Made by a program: the position numbers and the translations under genes
Part shown: one piece after another, positions 35,066-37,012 of the stretch
How the letters are laid out: every line of letters starts with the position of its first letter
How positions within the stretch are numbered: the stretch's first letter is position 1
From: Aquificaceae bacterium
GTDB lineage: Bacteria; Aquificota; Aquificia; Aquificales; Aquificaceae
Assembly (NCBI GenBank): GCA_037924335.1
Contig: JAXSMZ010000014.1
Location: 1-37,012 of the forward strand
Length of the DNA: 37,012 nucleotides
Reading direction: 5' to 3'
Notes under the pieces: model-generated
The model's database searches: none
What the model was told of the DNA's origin: nothing
Seen by the model: the letters and a program-made list of their open reading frames with translations, nothing else

Positions 35066-36199
35066 ATGTACCTGATGGAGACATACAAGAGGCTTCCAGT
35101 AAGGTTTGTAAGGGGTGAGGGTGTTTACCTATTTGATGATGAAGGGAAAAGGTACATTGACCTTGTTGCCGGCGTTGCCGTAAACTCACTTGGTTATTCT
35201 GACCCAGACCTTGTTAGAGCTCTCTGCGAACAAGCTAAAAAGCTCATGCATGTATCCAATCTTTTTGAGAATCCATGGCAGGAAGATGTGGCCAAGCTCC
35301 TTGTAGAGAGGTTTTGGGTAAAGGGAAGGGTTTTCTTCTGCAACAGCGGTACAGAAGCAAACGAAGGTGCTATAAAGCTGGCGAGAAGATACTTTAGGGA
35401 AAGGGGGGAAAACAGATACAGGATAATAACCTTTAAGAACAGTTTTCATGGTAGAACTTACGGAAGCATGTCAGCTACAGCTCAGGAGAAGGTACAGAAG
35501 GGTTTTGAACCTATGCTCGATGGGTTTGACTATGCGATCTATAACAACTTTGACTCTGTCCTGAAAGCCATCAAGAGGGAGACGGCTGGTATAATGTTAG
35601 AGGTAATTCAGGGAGAAGGTGGCATAAGGGTTGCAAATCATGAGTTTTTGAAGAATGTACAGGAACTTTGCAGAAGGGAGGGACTCTTGCTCATCGTCGA
35701 TGAGGTGCAAACGGGCATTGGGAGAACTGGCAAGTTCTACGCTTACGAGCATTTTGGACTCAAGCCAGATATTTTAACCCTCGCTAAGGGTTTAGGAGGT
35801 GGCTTTCCAGTTGGAGCTCTTTTGGCAAGGGAGAAAGTCTCAGAGGTTATGGCCTACGGTACGCATGGCTCTACCTTTGGCGGAAACCCTTTGGCTTGCA
35901 GATGTGCAAAGGTTGTGATAGAAAAAGTATCAGAGCTTTTGGAACACGTAGGAGACGTAGGAAGCTATTTCAGAAACAAACTTGAGAGCTTAGAGGTGGG
36001 GAAGGTAAGAGGGCTTGGACTAATGCTAGGGCTTGACATGGAAAGAGACTGCTCCAACATAGTAAACAAGGCTCTTGAACACGGTATAGTGCTCAACTGT
36101 ACTGCCAACACAGTTCTCAGATTTGTACCCCCTTTGATAATACAGAAAGAACATGTAGATGAAGCAATGAAAGCCCTTTCAAGATTACTGAGGGTTTAG
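35066..36199 (+). CDS. argD: Acetylornithine aminotransferase
   Basis: NSGTEANE, SFHGRT, IQGEGG, DEVQTG, AKGLGGG, HGSTFGGNPL. Confidence 0.93.
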   Translation: MYLMETYKRLPVRFVRGEGVYLFDDEGKRYIDLVAGVAVNSLGYSDPDLVRALCEQAKKLMHVSNLFENPWQEDVAKLLVERFWVKGRVFFCNSGTEANEGAIKLARRYFRERGENRYRIITFKNSFHGRTYGSMSATAQEKVQKGFEPMLDGFDYAIYNNFDSVLKAIKRETAGIMLEVIQGEGGIRVANHEFLKNVQELCRREGLLLIVDEVQTGIGRTGKFYAYEHFGLKPDILTLAKGLGGGFPVGALLAREKVSEVMAYGTHGSTFGGNPLACRCAKVVIEKVSELLEHVGDVGSYFRNKLESLEVGKVRGLGLMLGLDMERDCSNIVNKALEHGIVLNCTANTVLRFVPPLIIQKEHVDEAMKALSRLLRV

Positions 36200-36504
36200 T
36201 AATCTACCTTTATGCTTCCAAGGATGTTTTTAAAGTCCTTCCATTGTATGGCTGGCCAAGTCTCAGTGGTGGCGTGGCCAAAGGACCTTATGATCATGGC
36301 AACTTTTGCCGCTTCCTCATCGCTTGGAGCTTCAAAAACGTCCAGATAATCGTAAGGACCAAACACCACAAGGTTCATAAGCCACTTTACATTGGGACAG
36401 TTTTCCTCGATGAGCTTTTCAGCATGCTGCTCTATCTCTTTTAGCTTTTCCAGATTCTTAACTGCGTAAGGCGAAATCTTTGTAAGCATAACATATACAC
36501 CCAT
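36196..36504 (-). CDS. GYD domain protein
   Basis: YVML, FGPYD...FEAP.DE.A, G..TTET.PA. Confidence 0.82.
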   Translation of the reverse strand: MGVYVMLTKISPYAVKNLEKLKEIEQHAEKLIEENCPNVKWLMNLVVFGPYDYLDVFEAPSDEEAAKVAMIIRSFGHATTETWPAIQWKDFKNILGSIKVDY

Positions 36505-36550
36505 AGTACTTACCCCCTTTTTTAAAATTTAAACCTTACCCTTAACTTTT

Positions 36551-36886
36551 CTACTCTTTTTCGGTTTTCTCTTCTTTCTCCCTTGGCTGGTATCCGGCTA
36601 TGGCATCCTTCGTGAAAGTTATCCTTGTATTAGCATCCACCTTTAAGGTTACAGTGTTATCGCTTATATCTGTAACGGTGCCCCATATGCCACCGCTCGT
36701 TATCACCTTATCGCCCTTTTTAAGGCTTGCCAAAAATTCCTGATGCTTTTTCCTCGCTTTCTGCTGAGGTCTTATCATCAAAAAATAGAAGATGGCAAAG
36801 ATACCTATGAGGAAGATAAGCTGGAAGAAAAAGGCTCCCGCTGGTCCTCCTTGTCCTGTCTGCTGTGCAAAAGCTAAGTCTATCAT
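36551..36886 (-). CDS. yajC: Preprotein translocase subunit YajC
   Basis: FYFLMIRPQQK, LKKGDKVITSGGIWGTV. Confidence 0.95.
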   Translation of the reverse strand: MIDLAFAQQTGQGGPAGAFFFQLIFLIGIFAIFYFLMIRPQQKARKKHQEFLASLKKGDKVITSGGIWGTVTDISDNTVTLKVDANTRITFTKDAIAGYQPREKEEKTEKE

Positions 36887-36931
36887 AAATACCTATTATA
36901 TCAGAAACACGCCGGGTTGGAAATATCTCAA

Positions 36932-37012
36932 TTACTTTATAAGAAGGCTCTTTATTATCTCAGCGACTACAGGGTTCATAAGAGTGAGAGCTATTATAAG
37001 CAGAAGGATCAT
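36932..37012 (-). CDS. 3' end of a probable membrane protein running off the window
   Basis: Open frame ...MILLLIIALTLMNPVVAEIIKSLLIK* with stop at 36934-36932. Identity unknown. Confidence 0.5.
   Translation of the reverse strand: MILLLIIALTLMNPVVAEIIKSLLIK

Overview
Very gene-dense bacterial chromosomal window, most likely from an Aquificae thermophile (Hydrogenobacter/Thermocrinis-like). This assignment rests on the PspA-type phosphoserine phosphatase, the scattered single genes (atpC, lptB, dnaK) and the Lys/Glu-rich proteins. Most of the window is housekeeping: lptB, uvrA, nfi, pgk, a class-V aminotransferase with pspA, TPR-exbB-exbD-DUF218-wbaP-like, rluD, lpxB, yicC, mobB, pgm/pmm, M23 peptidase, atpC, a lipoate ligase, dnaK, nadE, argD, yajC and two tRNAs (Ser-GGA, and CAT, probably Ile2). 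There are three accessory highlights. (1) An IS200/IS605 (tnpB/omegaRNA) right end lies at 1-84. (2) A TonB-dependent receptor, a polyferredoxin membrane protein and TonB form a three-gene uptake operon. (3) A composite element at about 13278-13794 contains an IS110-type left end with a bridge-RNA-like hairpin whose loop copies the adjacent flank, followed by an IS110 RuvC N-terminus fused in frame to a TnpB C-terminus and a pseudoknotted omegaRNA right end. Both IS605-type ends sit in the same codon phase at the end of a convergent host gene and supply its stop codon. Many genes look leaderless, including symmetric bidirectional promoters. All calls come from motif recognition by eye; no database searches were run.
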